From Octopus sinensis (Eukaryota), in the NCBI RefSeq assembly GCF_006345805.1, contig NC_043007.1, positions 52,514,001 through 52,578,000 on the forward strand: a stretch of 64,000 nt of DNA, read 5' to 3'. A program made the position numbers and the translations under genes. Under the pieces are notes generated by a model. It did not search any database, had not been told where the DNA came from, and was given only the letters and a program-made list of their open reading frames with translations. This document shows, piece after piece, positions 1 through 11,825 of this stretch. Position 1 is the stretch's first letter; every line of letters begins with the position of its first letter.

Positions 1-1815
1 TTATTACTAGAAAAAATGTTATATTTTTTATTATCTATAATGAATACTTCAATTAGTCTTAATATCTCTTTAATAATGTTTGTTTTAACTTGAGCCCCAT
101 AAGGAATAATTAACCAAATTTTGTTCTTATTATTAACTTTATTTTTATTTATTATATTATTATATTTTTTATTATCATTAAACGAATTAAATTTATTCTT
201 ATCATTTAGTCTATTATTATATTTATTTTTTGTATTATCATAATACCTATTATTAAAACCATTATTTCCTAAATAAAATTTATCATAATTCTTAATATTA
301 GGTTTATTATTACAAATATCATAGGAATCATTTATATTATAATCTTTTATATTATAATTATATTTATAATTATTAAAGAATTTAATACTATTATTATATC
401 TCCCCTCCCACAAGGCTTCATTATAATAAGGTGCTTGTTTTTGAAAAATCTCAAAACTAGAAGAAAGCGTCGATATTCTTTTACCTATATTATCTATCAA
501 TGATTTCTTAAGGATGGGTGATTACTATTAGCATTAATATATCTAAGGTTTTCATTAATTTTATGGAATGGTTGGGTTTTACCTATTATTAAATTAAAAT
601 TAGCATTTAAATAATTAACATTATAGTTCTCTTTATATATAGTAATACCTAATCCATATATTTAAAAAAAACTATATAGTTTCTTCTTATATAATTCTAG
701 TGTTCTATTGGTGCAATTCTTAGTTAGTAATAAAAGGTCATCCCTATATAATCCACCCTTCAACTTTAATTTTTCTAATTGAAGTTCCAATAATAAACAA
801 ATACTAACTCAGTCACCTGGGCAGAATCGGGTTCCCCCATAGGTATATCAAAATAATTTTCTTTCGTATCCTTCCTAGCCCACAATTTATTATTATATCT
901 AATCAACGATTTCCTAGCCACTTTAACTACATTAACTGCATTATAAGTCATTCCAGCCTTATTCATTGCATAAATTAGGGCTTTATTGAGTACAATCTCA
1001 TTTATAGATGAATAATAATTATCTATGTCTATTTGGATGAATTTATATCTATTTTTATTTTTAGTATTATTAAACCATTTTAAAGTATCATTAGTACTAC
1101 TCCAAAGTTTTAGATAATTAAGTTCATTTGATTTATTAATATATTTATCTAAAATGATCTTACTCAATTTACCTTGATCTGATTTACATGGACAAATAAG
1201 TCTAAATTTTGGGTCACAATAAAAATTATCCTTATGGTTTTTTAAAGTAATTCTAGGGTGCATAGGTACATAAGGTTCAGTTTTATTATCTAACTCATAT
1301 TTCATCATGATTTATTTAGAGGCCTTATTCATATTCTCAGGAACAATTTTATATTATTTATTTATTTATTTCTCTAATAGATTATCATATAATTTAACAT
1401 CTAGTTTATGCAGGGTCCTAGTTTTATCTGATTGTACAATAATTCTTTCCATATTTTGCATTTCTTTTATTCTAATAGCTAGATTTCATAAATATTCATT
1501 GTGCTTATTTGGATATCTATGAAATTTAATATTTTTCACCACCTTCCAAATATTATCCTCTAAAACTTGTATTTCACTATTATACGGAGGTTCCTTTCTA
1601 GATTTAAATTTTGTATTGATATAATTAGTATTCTCTACTTCATTAATATTAGATATGCTACAATTATTATAGTAGGCTTTCCATTTAATCTAATTAATAA
1701 TTTTTTTTACATTATTAATAAGTTTCAAAATATATTCTTTTCTAGATGGTATATATAATATGGATAATGTCTTTTACTATTGAATTACTTAATAGAGGTT
1801 ATTTCTCTTAATTAT
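1..1815 (-). mobile_element. Penelope-like retroelement, decayed RT region (runs off window start)
   Basis: ORF 775..1308 has FIQIDIDNYYSSI and IPMGEPDSAQVTELV; a frameshifted LYRDD follows near 735-750, then KPNHSIKLMKT and NHP-type thumb residues, as in PLE RTs. Confidence 0.8.
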
Positions 1816-1851
<36 letters not shown>

Positions 1852-1949
1852 GTGTATGCACACACACACACACATATATATATACATATGCACATACATA
1901 TATGTATTCACATACACATACACACACAATACACATACACATACACGCA

Positions 1950-3165
1950 CATGTATATGAACTTGTCTTCTCTCTAAATTTCTTCTCATTTGAGGGTGAG
2001 TTTGACATTAGGTCCCAAGAGTGACCATAAGAATGAGAATGGGCCCCAACTATACAAATCTGTTCATGAGCTATGTTGAAAGCCAAATATTCTCTCAGTT
2101 CATCAGTTCCACTCCTGAGTTATATGGTCATTACATCGATGACTATCAGCAAATATCTCTTGCAAATATCTCAACTCCTTTCTCTCTTTCATCCAATCCT
2201 TCTATTCTACCCTCAAATACTCCTGCTTTGTCTCCAACACCTCTGCCAACTTTCTTGAAATTTCTGTTACCATCCCCCACTTCTCTCTAACCACTTCTAT
2301 CCACAATAAGCCCACAGACTCACACTCTTATCTCAACTTCTCCTCCTCCCATTCTACCTACACCAAACTATCCATCCCTTACTCTTAGTTTCCTCCTCTC
2401 TGCTGGCTCTATAGTAACAACCATGACTTCAAGACAGTCCCAAATCATATCTCACCCTTTTACCCAATGCATTTTATCCAAATCGTCCTTGCCTATGCCC
2501 AATCTATTGACTGTACATCAAATCTCTTTCTTCCTGCATCTGTCCCACCTTTATCTGTCTCCCTTTCCCCCTTACCTACCACCCTCCACCCTACCCTGGC
2601 AATGCACCATTCTTCAGGCTTTCTGCCAACTCTAATCTACCTCCTTCACCTTCCATATCTTCCTCAACCTACCCCTATCCTCATTCTAATGCACCCTTAA
2701 CCTACATGACCTTCTGGTCCACAGCTTCTTCCCCACTCCTGGCACCTAACCTGGCTCCTTCCCTTGCTCGTGCTCATGTTGCTACACCATCCCCTACTCT
2801 CTAATACCACTATCCTCACTGGCACCTACCACTGCCCCTACCACATTACCGATTCATTTGCATGCAACTCTAGCAATGCAATCTACTGCATCTTTTGCTT
2901 GTTTGTCATTCCCTGTACATTGGTCAAACTGGCTGACTCTTAGCTGACCAGTTTGCTGAACATCTCCAGGACATCAAACTCAGCCTTGACACCCAGGTCT
3001 CATTCCACTTCTGCTTGATTGGTCATTTGCTACAACATCTATGTTTGGAGTGAACTTGCACAGAGGTGACCAGGGTTCCTGCCTTTGTTGAGAGAAGGAA
3101 TTTATTTTTTCTTTTAATTCTTTAGCCCCTCGTGGTTTCAGTTCATCACCTCTCTTTATCTAAAC
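1950..3165 (+). mobile_element. Penelope-like retroelement remnant (RT + GIY-YIG endonuclease), second family
   Basis: MGPNYTNLFMSYVE..YGHYIDD (2021-2145), KPTDSHSYLNFSSSH (~2308-2352), IYC..C and LYIGQTG (~2880-2933); many stops and frameshifts. Confidence 0.8.
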
Positions 3166-3599
3166 TCACCTTCACACACACACTCACTTCCTTCCTCCAT
3201 ATACAGTCATGTATATAAGCACATATATAGTCATGTGCCCTCACCTCTCAACCCTTACCTTTTGTTATCTCTATTCCACCTCACACCTCCATCCAGGTCA
3301 ACCAATATACATCCTCCAACAACACACACATATGTCAGATAGCCTCACAGACATGTAGAAGTGCTCTTAAAAATGTATATGTACGTACAAATACAGAATA
3401 TACACATATGTCAACTCCATACACGCGCTTTATCCAACAGCCCATATAGAAACACCAACTGATAACAAGGATGCACACTCACTCACAAACATACACATGC
3501 ATAAACACACAATATTTATGCATAAACACACATAAAGCACATGCACATAACAATGTCACACACACACTTTATGCACATACACATGCATTTGTGTGTATT

Positions 3600-5890
3600 A
3601 GAGTTGAAGAATAGATGTAACCATGATATTCTATTGATCTGAAAAGCTAGCTTTCTATACCTGTATTAGCTTGTAAAATGTACAATAGTACTATGTAATT
3701 TATAACATATACACTAGTAGAGACATGTAAAATAATTTATAATATGTTATATCCTTGGATTTTTATAACACTCACTTCGGTATAAAGTTTACTTAGTAAA
3801 ACTAGTAAAGCCACGACTATCTCTGACTCTGGTAATTCATGTACTTCTCTTTACTTATAATGACTAGGTTAATCCATTCATCACGTGGGATGGGGTGTAC
3901 CATTATTACTAATTCTCTAAAACATCTTCCCTTTTAAGTTTTTCGTAGGAAGTGTCATTTTATTTAGCAATGATTTCTTATTCACCCCACCTCCCTTGTT
4001 TGATTTTTTTTTCATACAATTTAATAATTTTTGTGCTTGGCATCTATTTTCAGGAACTCTGTATGTTTTCTTCTCGTCTCACTTGTACTCTTGGGTTCAA
4101 TCACCTGCAGTGGCGTTGGTACTTGGAACGTATCGTACAACCATTCCATCAGTTCCTCCAACTTCTTTGGTTCGCTTTCGATGAATCTCATTTTCAGTTG
4201 GATCCTGTGTCTCTTTTGTATGCCTTTTCTACTTTTTGCCCAATAAATCATTTTACCTATGCATTTGATAATTATGCCATCTTCCCAACTCTGCATTCCA
4301 TTCTTGTATGCCCTCAAATACACCTTTTCACCAACTTTAAAGCTATGTCTTCCCTGACACTTTCTTTTCTTGCCAGGTAGCAATTCATCAAAGACTGATT
4401 TTACTTTTCTTGCAAACACCAGCTTCGCTGGTGATCTACCTATTGGTGTATTCAGATTTGGTGTCACATGGTACACTCTTAAAAATTGTTGCAGAGCAAT
4501 CTCACCTGTGACTTTCTTATTCGATTTTTAAGGGCTCTTTTGAAAGTATTGACGAAGAGTTCTGTCTGTCCATTAGATCAGGGATGGTATGATGCCGTAG
4601 TTATATGTTCTACCATGAATATTTCACAAAATTTTAAAAATTCGCCAGACACAAATTGCATTCCATTGATTAGGAAAAATAATTTGTGTAAAAAATTTAT
4701 CACAGTTGAAGAGGTTGGTTTTTCACACTTGCACATTTCAGACCATTTTGAAAAAACTATCAACTACCACTAAGTAATAAGAATCATTTAAAGGACTAGT
4801 GAACTCGATGTGTAGTCCCGACCATGGAACATCTATTTTTGAACAATATTTACTTTTTATCATGGGCAATTTTTCATTCTGTTTTGTATTACATACAGGC
4901 ATTCCACTCTATTTTACTGCAATTTTTGTTTCATTCCCTCAGCTGCATTTGAACATTCATCTGAACAGATTATATTTCCACACAAAACACTTATGGGCAT
5001 ATTCCATACTTTGAATAGTTTCATCCACTCTGTGCCGAATAAATTAAGTGAACTTTTTAACACATATAGCTTTGCTCTTTTTCATTTGACCATGAAATGT
5101 TACATTATCCATGAATTCACCAAAAAAAATTTTTTTTTTTCCTGTAACACCATGTGCTACTTTTTTCAATTTAATTCATTTCGGCTTACCGATATATTTC
5201 CGTATATTTTTGTTTATAATGGTGATCTCACTACCAGTGTCTAACTGCATTTTAACACTTGTATTACTGATTTTCCCCTTCACGAATTTCCTCATCATTC
5301 TATTTTTCCAATTTCTTCCAATGACATACTTCTTATTCTTTTTCCTTTGTCCTGAGGTTTTATCATATGCATTCTATAGTGCATCTTTATATGTCTTATA
5401 TTTCCACAATGAAAGCACTCCGCTTTCTTAAATGGACAATTTTTCCCCAGGTGTATACCTCCAGATCCAAAACATGGCTTTATTTCCTGATTTTTGCTGT
5501 GTTTTTTAGAAAACACATTATCTCTGTTCTGATTTTACTTGGAAACAGTCTTTACGTTAAATTTTCTCTGTGTCGTGTCTTAATTTAACTATCCTTTCAC
5601 ATTCTTCTGACACTTGATTTTGTTCCAGCTTTGTGAGAATTCTATTTCTAACTTCTCCGTCTTTTTCTGCAGTCAGTCCCTGTGTAAAAATCAGGCATTT
5701 GAACATATCTGACATTAATTCATCCAGCTTAATCTTCTTGCATTTTCTGTTTACTCTGCCAGCATATGTGATGTAGTCCTCATCATTGTTTTTCTCTGTG
5801 TTCAGACACTTCCAATGAGGCTTTTTCACTGAAAATTTTACACAATATATCTATTGTATCATTAAAGTTTTATTGGGAAGTACATAATTA
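3600..5890 (-). mobile_element. Gypsy/Ty3 (K02A2.6-like) LTR retrotransposon remnant: gag, Zn knuckle, protease, integrase; RT/RNase H not seen
   Basis: ORFs 5557-5829 (gag, MFKCLIFTQGL), 5295-5516 (CPFKKAECFHCGNIRH), DTGSEIT protease motif ~5225-5245, 4578-4763 and 4021-4476 (integrase: PWS.LHI, SYHP, SPAKLVFAR). Boundaries approximate. Confidence 0.8.
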
Positions 5891-6690
5891 CTGTGCACAC
5901 CTTTCAATGCTGTGTATGCCATAAGATCAGCAAATTTAATGGAGATCTTAAAAGACATTTTAAGATCCACTAATATCAGAACTTAACTGCAGCTCTTGGT
6001 GGTCCAAATCAGATGTGCAATCTATGTGGGTATCTTTTCAATACATTGACTGGTTTAGAAAGCCACTCCGTTCTGAGGAGTATATAGAATTGTCTGGTTT
6101 AGAAAGCTACATTAGATGCCATCACATGCCCTAGAATATAAAGAAAATTCAGGAGTATGAGATGTATATATATATCTATTTTACTAGTTGATATCCATAA
6201 GATTACAATCATTTCAGAACCAACATCATTGAAAAATAATTTTAGCGTATTATGTTGTAGGTAATTAGTAATAATGGTACACTCTTCCCAGGCGACAGAT
6301 GGAATAACCTAGTCACTATAAGTAAAGAGAAGTACATGAAGTACCAGAGTACATAGCAGGCAGTCAGATTAAAAGTAATTCTAATTCAATATTTTCTTGA
6401 AACAACAAATTTCTATCAAGATTAGAATTTAAATTCTAATCTATGAAAAGTTTCTGTTCTACAATATTCTTAAGGGAACAAAAAATTATCCAGCAACTTG
6501 GATTAATACAAACAAGCCTGGTAGATATAAAAGACTAACTGGTGTCTCTTGTCAGGAGTACAAGCAACGGGCAAATTATTCATGTTTGTTGAGCACTTTG
6601 CTGTTGTTATTTGATTGCTGTTATTCTGTGCATCAATGTGTAAAGATCAGTTGTGTTTTGTATGGTTTCTTTATATATATATATACATAT

Positions 6691-6793
6691 ATAATTAATA
6701 AGGGTGAGAGAATTAGATACTAATTTAATAGTATATCTATTCAACACCAAGTGGCCTAGTGCTCCGAGAAACCTGGATTATTATAATATTTTA
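6691..6793 (-). repeat. Inverted ~100-bp copy of part of the 534-bp array unit
   Basis: Reverse complement of the unit segment taaaatattataataatccaggtttctcggagcactaggcc...ctctcacccttattaatta (e.g. 8239-8340). Confidence 0.95.
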
Positions 6794-6917
6794 TCCGTGA
6801 AAGTTTGGCGCGCTGTTAGTTGGGGCATTTGAATTATAACGTCGGATGTAATCAATTGAACCACACGCGTATTTATCGTTATGGTAAAATCTGGCGTGTG
6901 ATTGAGTGGATTTCATC

Positions 6918-7013
6918 CAGATAGTTTTGGCTGACGAGCTACAAGTGGATTTTTTTGTAAGTAAAATTACATTTAATTCATTAATAGCGAAACAATTGTC
7001 CCAAAATAATCTG
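6918..7013 (+). ncRNA. Type I minimal hammerhead ribozyme, copy 1
   Basis: Stem I CAGATAGTTTTGG/CCAAAATAATCTG; core CUGACGA; stem II GCTA...TAGC; GAAA; stem III C-AATT-G; GUC cleavage triplet. Confidence 0.9.
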
Positions 7014-7451
7014 TATTTTGTTATTTTTTATTTGCCCTGTCCGTGTGAGCTAACAATCGTACTGACTTTCATGGGAAACATGTATTTTTGTGGTTGAAAC
7101 CTTTTGGATTAACTGGTACTAGAGTGAGCCATATAGTGACCACTCTCTTATATTTATTTTGTAAAAATGTTGTAATATATTATAAAATATTATAATAATC
7201 CAGGTTTCTCGGAGCACTAGGCCACTTGGTGTTGAATAGATATACTATTAAATTAGTATCTAATTCTCTCCTCCATTATTAATTAATTATAATTATGCTG
7301 CATTTATTTCTATGCTGTATTTGTTTTCCGTGAAAGTTTGGCGCGCTGTTAGTTGGGGCATTTGAATTTAAACGTCGGATGTAATAAATTGAACCACACA
7401 CGCGTATTTATCGTTATGGTAAAATCTGGCGTGTGATGAGTGGATTTCATC

Positions 7452-7546
7452 CAGATAGTTTGGCTGACGAGCTACAAGTGGATTTTTTTGTAAGTAAAAT
7501 TACATTTAATTCATTAATAGCGAAACAATTGTCCCAAAATAATCTG
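7452..7546 (+). ncRNA. Hammerhead ribozyme, copy 2
   Basis: Same motif, one T missing in stem I. Confidence 0.85.
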
Positions 7547-7973
7547 TATTTTGTTATTTTTTATTTGTCCTGTCCGTGTGCTAAATCGTACTGACTTTCA
7601 TGGGAAACATGTATTTTTGTGGTTAAACCTTTTGATTAACTGGTCTAGAGTGAGCCATATAGTGACCACTCTCTTATATTTATTTTGTAAAAATGTTGTA
7701 ATATATTATAAAATATATAATAATCCAGGTTTCTCGGAGCACTAGGCCACTTGGTGTTGAATAGATATACTATTAATTAGTATCTATTCTCTCACCCTTA
7801 TTAATTAATTATAATTATGCTGCATTTATTTCTAAATGCTGTATTTGTTTTCCGTGAAGTTTGGCGCGCTGTTAGTTGGGGCATTTGAATTATAACGTCG
7901 GATGTAATCAATTGAACCACACGCGTATTTATCGTTATGGTAAAATCTGGCGTGTGATTGAGTGGATTTCATC

Positions 7974-8069
7974 CAGATAGTTTTGGCTGACGAGCTACAA
8001 GTGGATTTTTTTGTAAGTAAAATTACATTTAATTCATTAATAGCGAAACAATTGTCCCAAAATAATCTG
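7974..8069 (+). ncRNA. Hammerhead ribozyme, copy 3
   Basis: Same as copy 1. Confidence 0.9.
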
Positions 8070-8507
8070 TATTTTGTTATTTTTTATTTGCCCTGTCCGT
8101 GTGAGCTAACAATCGTACTGACTTTCATGGGAAACATGTATTTTTGTGGTTGAAACCTTTTGGATTAACTGGTGCTAGAGTGAGCCATATAGTGACCACT
8201 CTCTTATATTTATTTTGTAAAAATGTTGTAATATATTATAAAATATTATAATAATCCAGGTTTCTCGGAGCACTAGGCCACTTGGTGTTGAATAGATATA
8301 CTATTAAATTAGTATCTAATTCTCTCACCCTTATTAATTAATTATAATTATGCTGCATTTATTTCTAAATGCTGTATTTGTTTTCCGTGAAAGTTTGGCG
8401 CGCTGTTAGTTGGGGCATTTGAATTATAACGTCGGATGTAATCAATTGAACCACACGCGTATTTATCGTTATGGTAAAATCTGGCGTGTGATTGAGTGGA
8501 TTTCATC

Positions 8508-8603
8508 CAGATAGTTTTGGCTGACGAGCTACAAGTGGATTTTTTTGTAAGTAAAATTACATTTAATTCATTAATAGCGAAACAATTGTCCCAAAATAAT
8601 CTG
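8508..8603 (+). ncRNA. Hammerhead ribozyme, copy 4
   Basis: Same as copy 1. Confidence 0.9.
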
Positions 8604-9041
8604 TATTTTGTTATTTTTTATTTGCCGCCTGTCCGTGTGAGCTAACAATCGTACTGACTTTCATGGGAAACATGTATTTTTGTGGTTGAAACCTTTTGGA
8701 TTAACTGGTGCTAGAGTGAGCCATATGTGACCACTCTCTTATATTTATTTTGTAAAAATGTTGTAATATATTATAAAATATTATAATAATCCAGGTTTCT
8801 CGGAGCACTAGGCCACTTGGTGTTGAATAGATTACTATTAAATTAGTATCTAATTCTCTCATCCTTATTAATTAATTATAATTATGCTGCATTTATTTCT
8901 AAATGCTGTATTTGTTTTCCGTGAAAGTTTGGCGCGCTGTTAGTTGGGGCATTTGAATTATAACGTCGGATGTAATCAATTGAACCACACGCGTATTTAT
9001 CGTTATGGTAAAATCTGGCGTGTGATTGAGTGGATTTCATC

Positions 9042-9137
9042 CAGATAGTTTTGGCTGACGAGCTACAAGTGGATTTTTTTGTAAGTAAAATTACATTTAA
9101 TTCATTAATAGCGAAACAATTGTCCCAAAATAATCTG
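9042..9137 (+). ncRNA. Hammerhead ribozyme, copy 5
   Basis: Same as copy 1. Confidence 0.9.
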
Positions 9138-9575
9138 TATTTTGTTATTTTTTATTTGCCCTGTCCGTGTGAGCTAACAATCGTACTGACTTTCATGGGA
9201 AACATGTATTTTTGTGGTTGAAACCTTTTGGATTAACTGGTGCTAGAGTGAGCCATATAGTGACCACTCTCTTATATTTATTTTGTAAAAATGTTGTAAT
9301 ATATTATAAAATATTATAATAATCCAGGTTTCTCGGAGCACTAGGCCACTTGGTGTTGAATAGATATACTATTAAATTAGTATCTAATTCTCTCACCCTT
9401 ATTAATTAATTATAATTATGCTGCATTTATTTCTAAATGCTGTATTTGTTTTCCGTGAAAGTTTGGCGCGCTGTTAGTTGGGGCATTTGAATTATAACGT
9501 CGGATGTAATCAATTGAACCACACGCGTATTTATCGTTATGGTAAAATCTGGCGTGTGATTGAGTGGATTTCATC

Positions 9576-9671
9576 CAGATAGTTTTGGCTGACGAGCTAC
9601 AAGTGGATTTTTTTGTAAGTAAAATTACATTTAATTCATTAATAGCGAAACAATTGTCCCAAAATAATCTG
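9576..9671 (+). ncRNA. Hammerhead ribozyme, copy 6
   Basis: Same as copy 1. Confidence 0.9.
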
Positions 9672-10108
9672 TATTTTGTTATTTTTTATTTGCCCTGTCC
9701 GTGTGAGCTAACAATCGTACTGACTTTCATGGGAAACATGTATTTTTGTGGTTGAAACCTTTTGGATTAACTGGTGCTAGAGTGAGCCATATAGTGACCA
9801 CTCTCTTATATTTATTTTGTAAAAATGTTGTAATATATTATAAAATATTATAATAATCCAGGTTTCTCGGAGCACTAGGCCACTTGGTGTTGAATAGATA
9901 TACTATTAAATTAGTATCTAATTCTCTCACCCTTATTAATTAATTATAATTATGCTGCATTTATTTCTAAATGCTGTATTTGTTTTCCGTGAAAGTTTGG
10001 CGCGCTGTTAGTTGGGGCATTTGAATTATAACGTCGGATGTAATCAATTGAACCACACGCGTATTTATCGTTATGGTAAAATCTGCGTGTGATTGAGTGG
10101 ATTTCATC

Positions 10109-10204
10109 CAGATAGTTTTGGCTGACGAGCTACAAGTGGATTTTTTTGTAAGTAAAATTACATTTAATTCATTAATAGCGAAACAATTGTCCCAAAATAA
10201 TCTG
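10109..10204 (+). ncRNA. Hammerhead ribozyme, copy 7
   Basis: Same as copy 1. Confidence 0.9.
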
Positions 10205-10636
10205 TATTTTGTTATTTTTTATTTGCCCTGTCCGTGTGAGCTAACAATCGTACTGACTTTCATGGGAAACATGTATTTTTGTGGTTGAAACCTTTTGGAT
10301 TAACGGGTGCTAGAGTGAGCCATATAGTGACCACTCTCTTATATTTATTTTGTAAAAATGTTGTAATATATTATAAATTATTATATAATCCAGGTTTTCG
10401 GAGCACTAGGCCACTTGGTGTTGAATAGATTATACTATTAATTAGTATCTAATTCTCTCATCCTTATTAATTATATAATTATGCTGCATTTTTTCTAAAT
10501 GCTGTATTTGTTTTCCGTGAAAGTTTGGCGCGCTGTTAGTTGGGGCATTTGAATTATAACGTCGGATGTAATCAATTGAACCACACGCGTATTTATCGTA
10601 TGGTAAAATCTGGCGTGTGATTGAGTGGATTTCATC

Positions 10637-10732
10637 CAGATAGTTTTGGCTGATGAGCTACAAGTGGATTTTTTTGTAAGTAAAATTACATTTAATTCAT
10701 TAATAGCGAAACAATTGTCCCAAAATAATCTG
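10637..10732 (+). ncRNA. Hammerhead ribozyme, copy 8 (core CUGAUGA)
   Basis: Same motif; the only core change is at the free N7 position. Confidence 0.9.
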
Positions 10733-11029
10733 TATTTTGTTATTTTTTATTTGCCCTGTCCGTGTGAGCTAACAATCGTACTGACTTTCATGGGAAACAT
10801 GTATTTTTGTGGTTGAAACCTTTTGGATTAACTGGTGCTAGAGTGAGCCATATAGTGACCACTCTCTTATATTTATTATATTATATACATATATATATAT
10901 ATAACGAATTTCTTTGCTGTAATGGCCCTGTCTACTTTTCTCTTCCTCTATTGTGTCACCTTAGGTCTGGAGGGGATTACATACATACATTATACTTATG
11001 AATACACACACACACATACAAGTACATAC

Positions 11030-11068
<39 letters not shown>

Positions 11069-11102
11069 TATATATATATTATCTTACCGTTTTTACCAAT
11101 AT

Positions 11103-11490
11103 ATCTATATATATAAAACTGAGAGTGGGTGTCTGTCTGTCTGTCTGTCTGTGTGAATCCCTAAAACTTGAGAACTACACAACCAATTTCATTCAAATTT
11201 TACACATGCCTTACTTAGGGTCCATGTAGTGTCATGGGCAAAAAAATTTCTAACTTCTTGCCTAGGGCGATCCCACAGCAATATCATATCTTCTCCACTA
11301 TTTCAGTATTACGTGTTAGAAGTGAAACAAAAACTCTCCATTGTAATGTCAGATACTTTCACTTTAATACTGAAACTATTATATAAGAGGGATGAACCAT
11401 TAACAGTGGACATCCATTTTGCTACAAGATCTGCTATGCTCTTATATACTACACCACTGATTTTCAATTCATATTAATCAAATTAATATT
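11103..11490 (+). mobile_element. Non-autonomous Helitron 5' portion
   Basis: Starts TCTATATATATAAAA followed by (GTCT)n, typical of Helitron 5' ends. Confidence 0.5.
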
Positions 11491-11825
11491 CAGTTTCTCA
11501 CCCTTATTATTTTAAATTTAAATTTAAACCCAGGACCATGTGTTTTGGAATGAAGTTTGTTACCACACAGCCACACCTGCACCTGTGTATGTGTGTGCAT
11601 GTGTGTGTGTGTGTGTGTGTGCGTGTGTGTGTGTGTATGGGTGTATAGCTGTATATGTATACATTTAATTCTATACATATAGATGTATATGTATATATGT
11701 ATATGTGTAGATGTATATATATAGAGATGTACATGTAATATGTACACATATATATTCACATATTCACATATATACATGCATACATATATACACCCATACA
11801 CACATACACACACACACACATACAT

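Larger units (their letters stand above)
6794..10878 (+). repeat. Tandem array, ~7.7 units of ~534 bp, each with a hammerhead ribozyme (retrozyme / PLE pLTR-like)
   Basis: Predicted GUC cleavage sites end at 7000, 7533, 8056, 8590, 9124, 9658, 10191 and 10719 (spacing 523-534). Units differ mostly by single-base deletions. Flanked by (TA)n on both sides. Confidence 0.95.

Noticed and set aside
6906-7097. Repeated 63-aa ORF (MDFIQIVLADELQ...) in array units
   Set aside because: Starts at GTG, has no recognisable domain, is broken in two copies and overlaps the ribozyme, which explains the sequence better.
6794-10878. CRISPR array, or snRNA/5S/SL RNA gene cluster
   Set aside because: Whole units repeat with no unique spacers, and I recognised no snRNA, 5S or tRNA sequence; the hammerhead fold fits fully.
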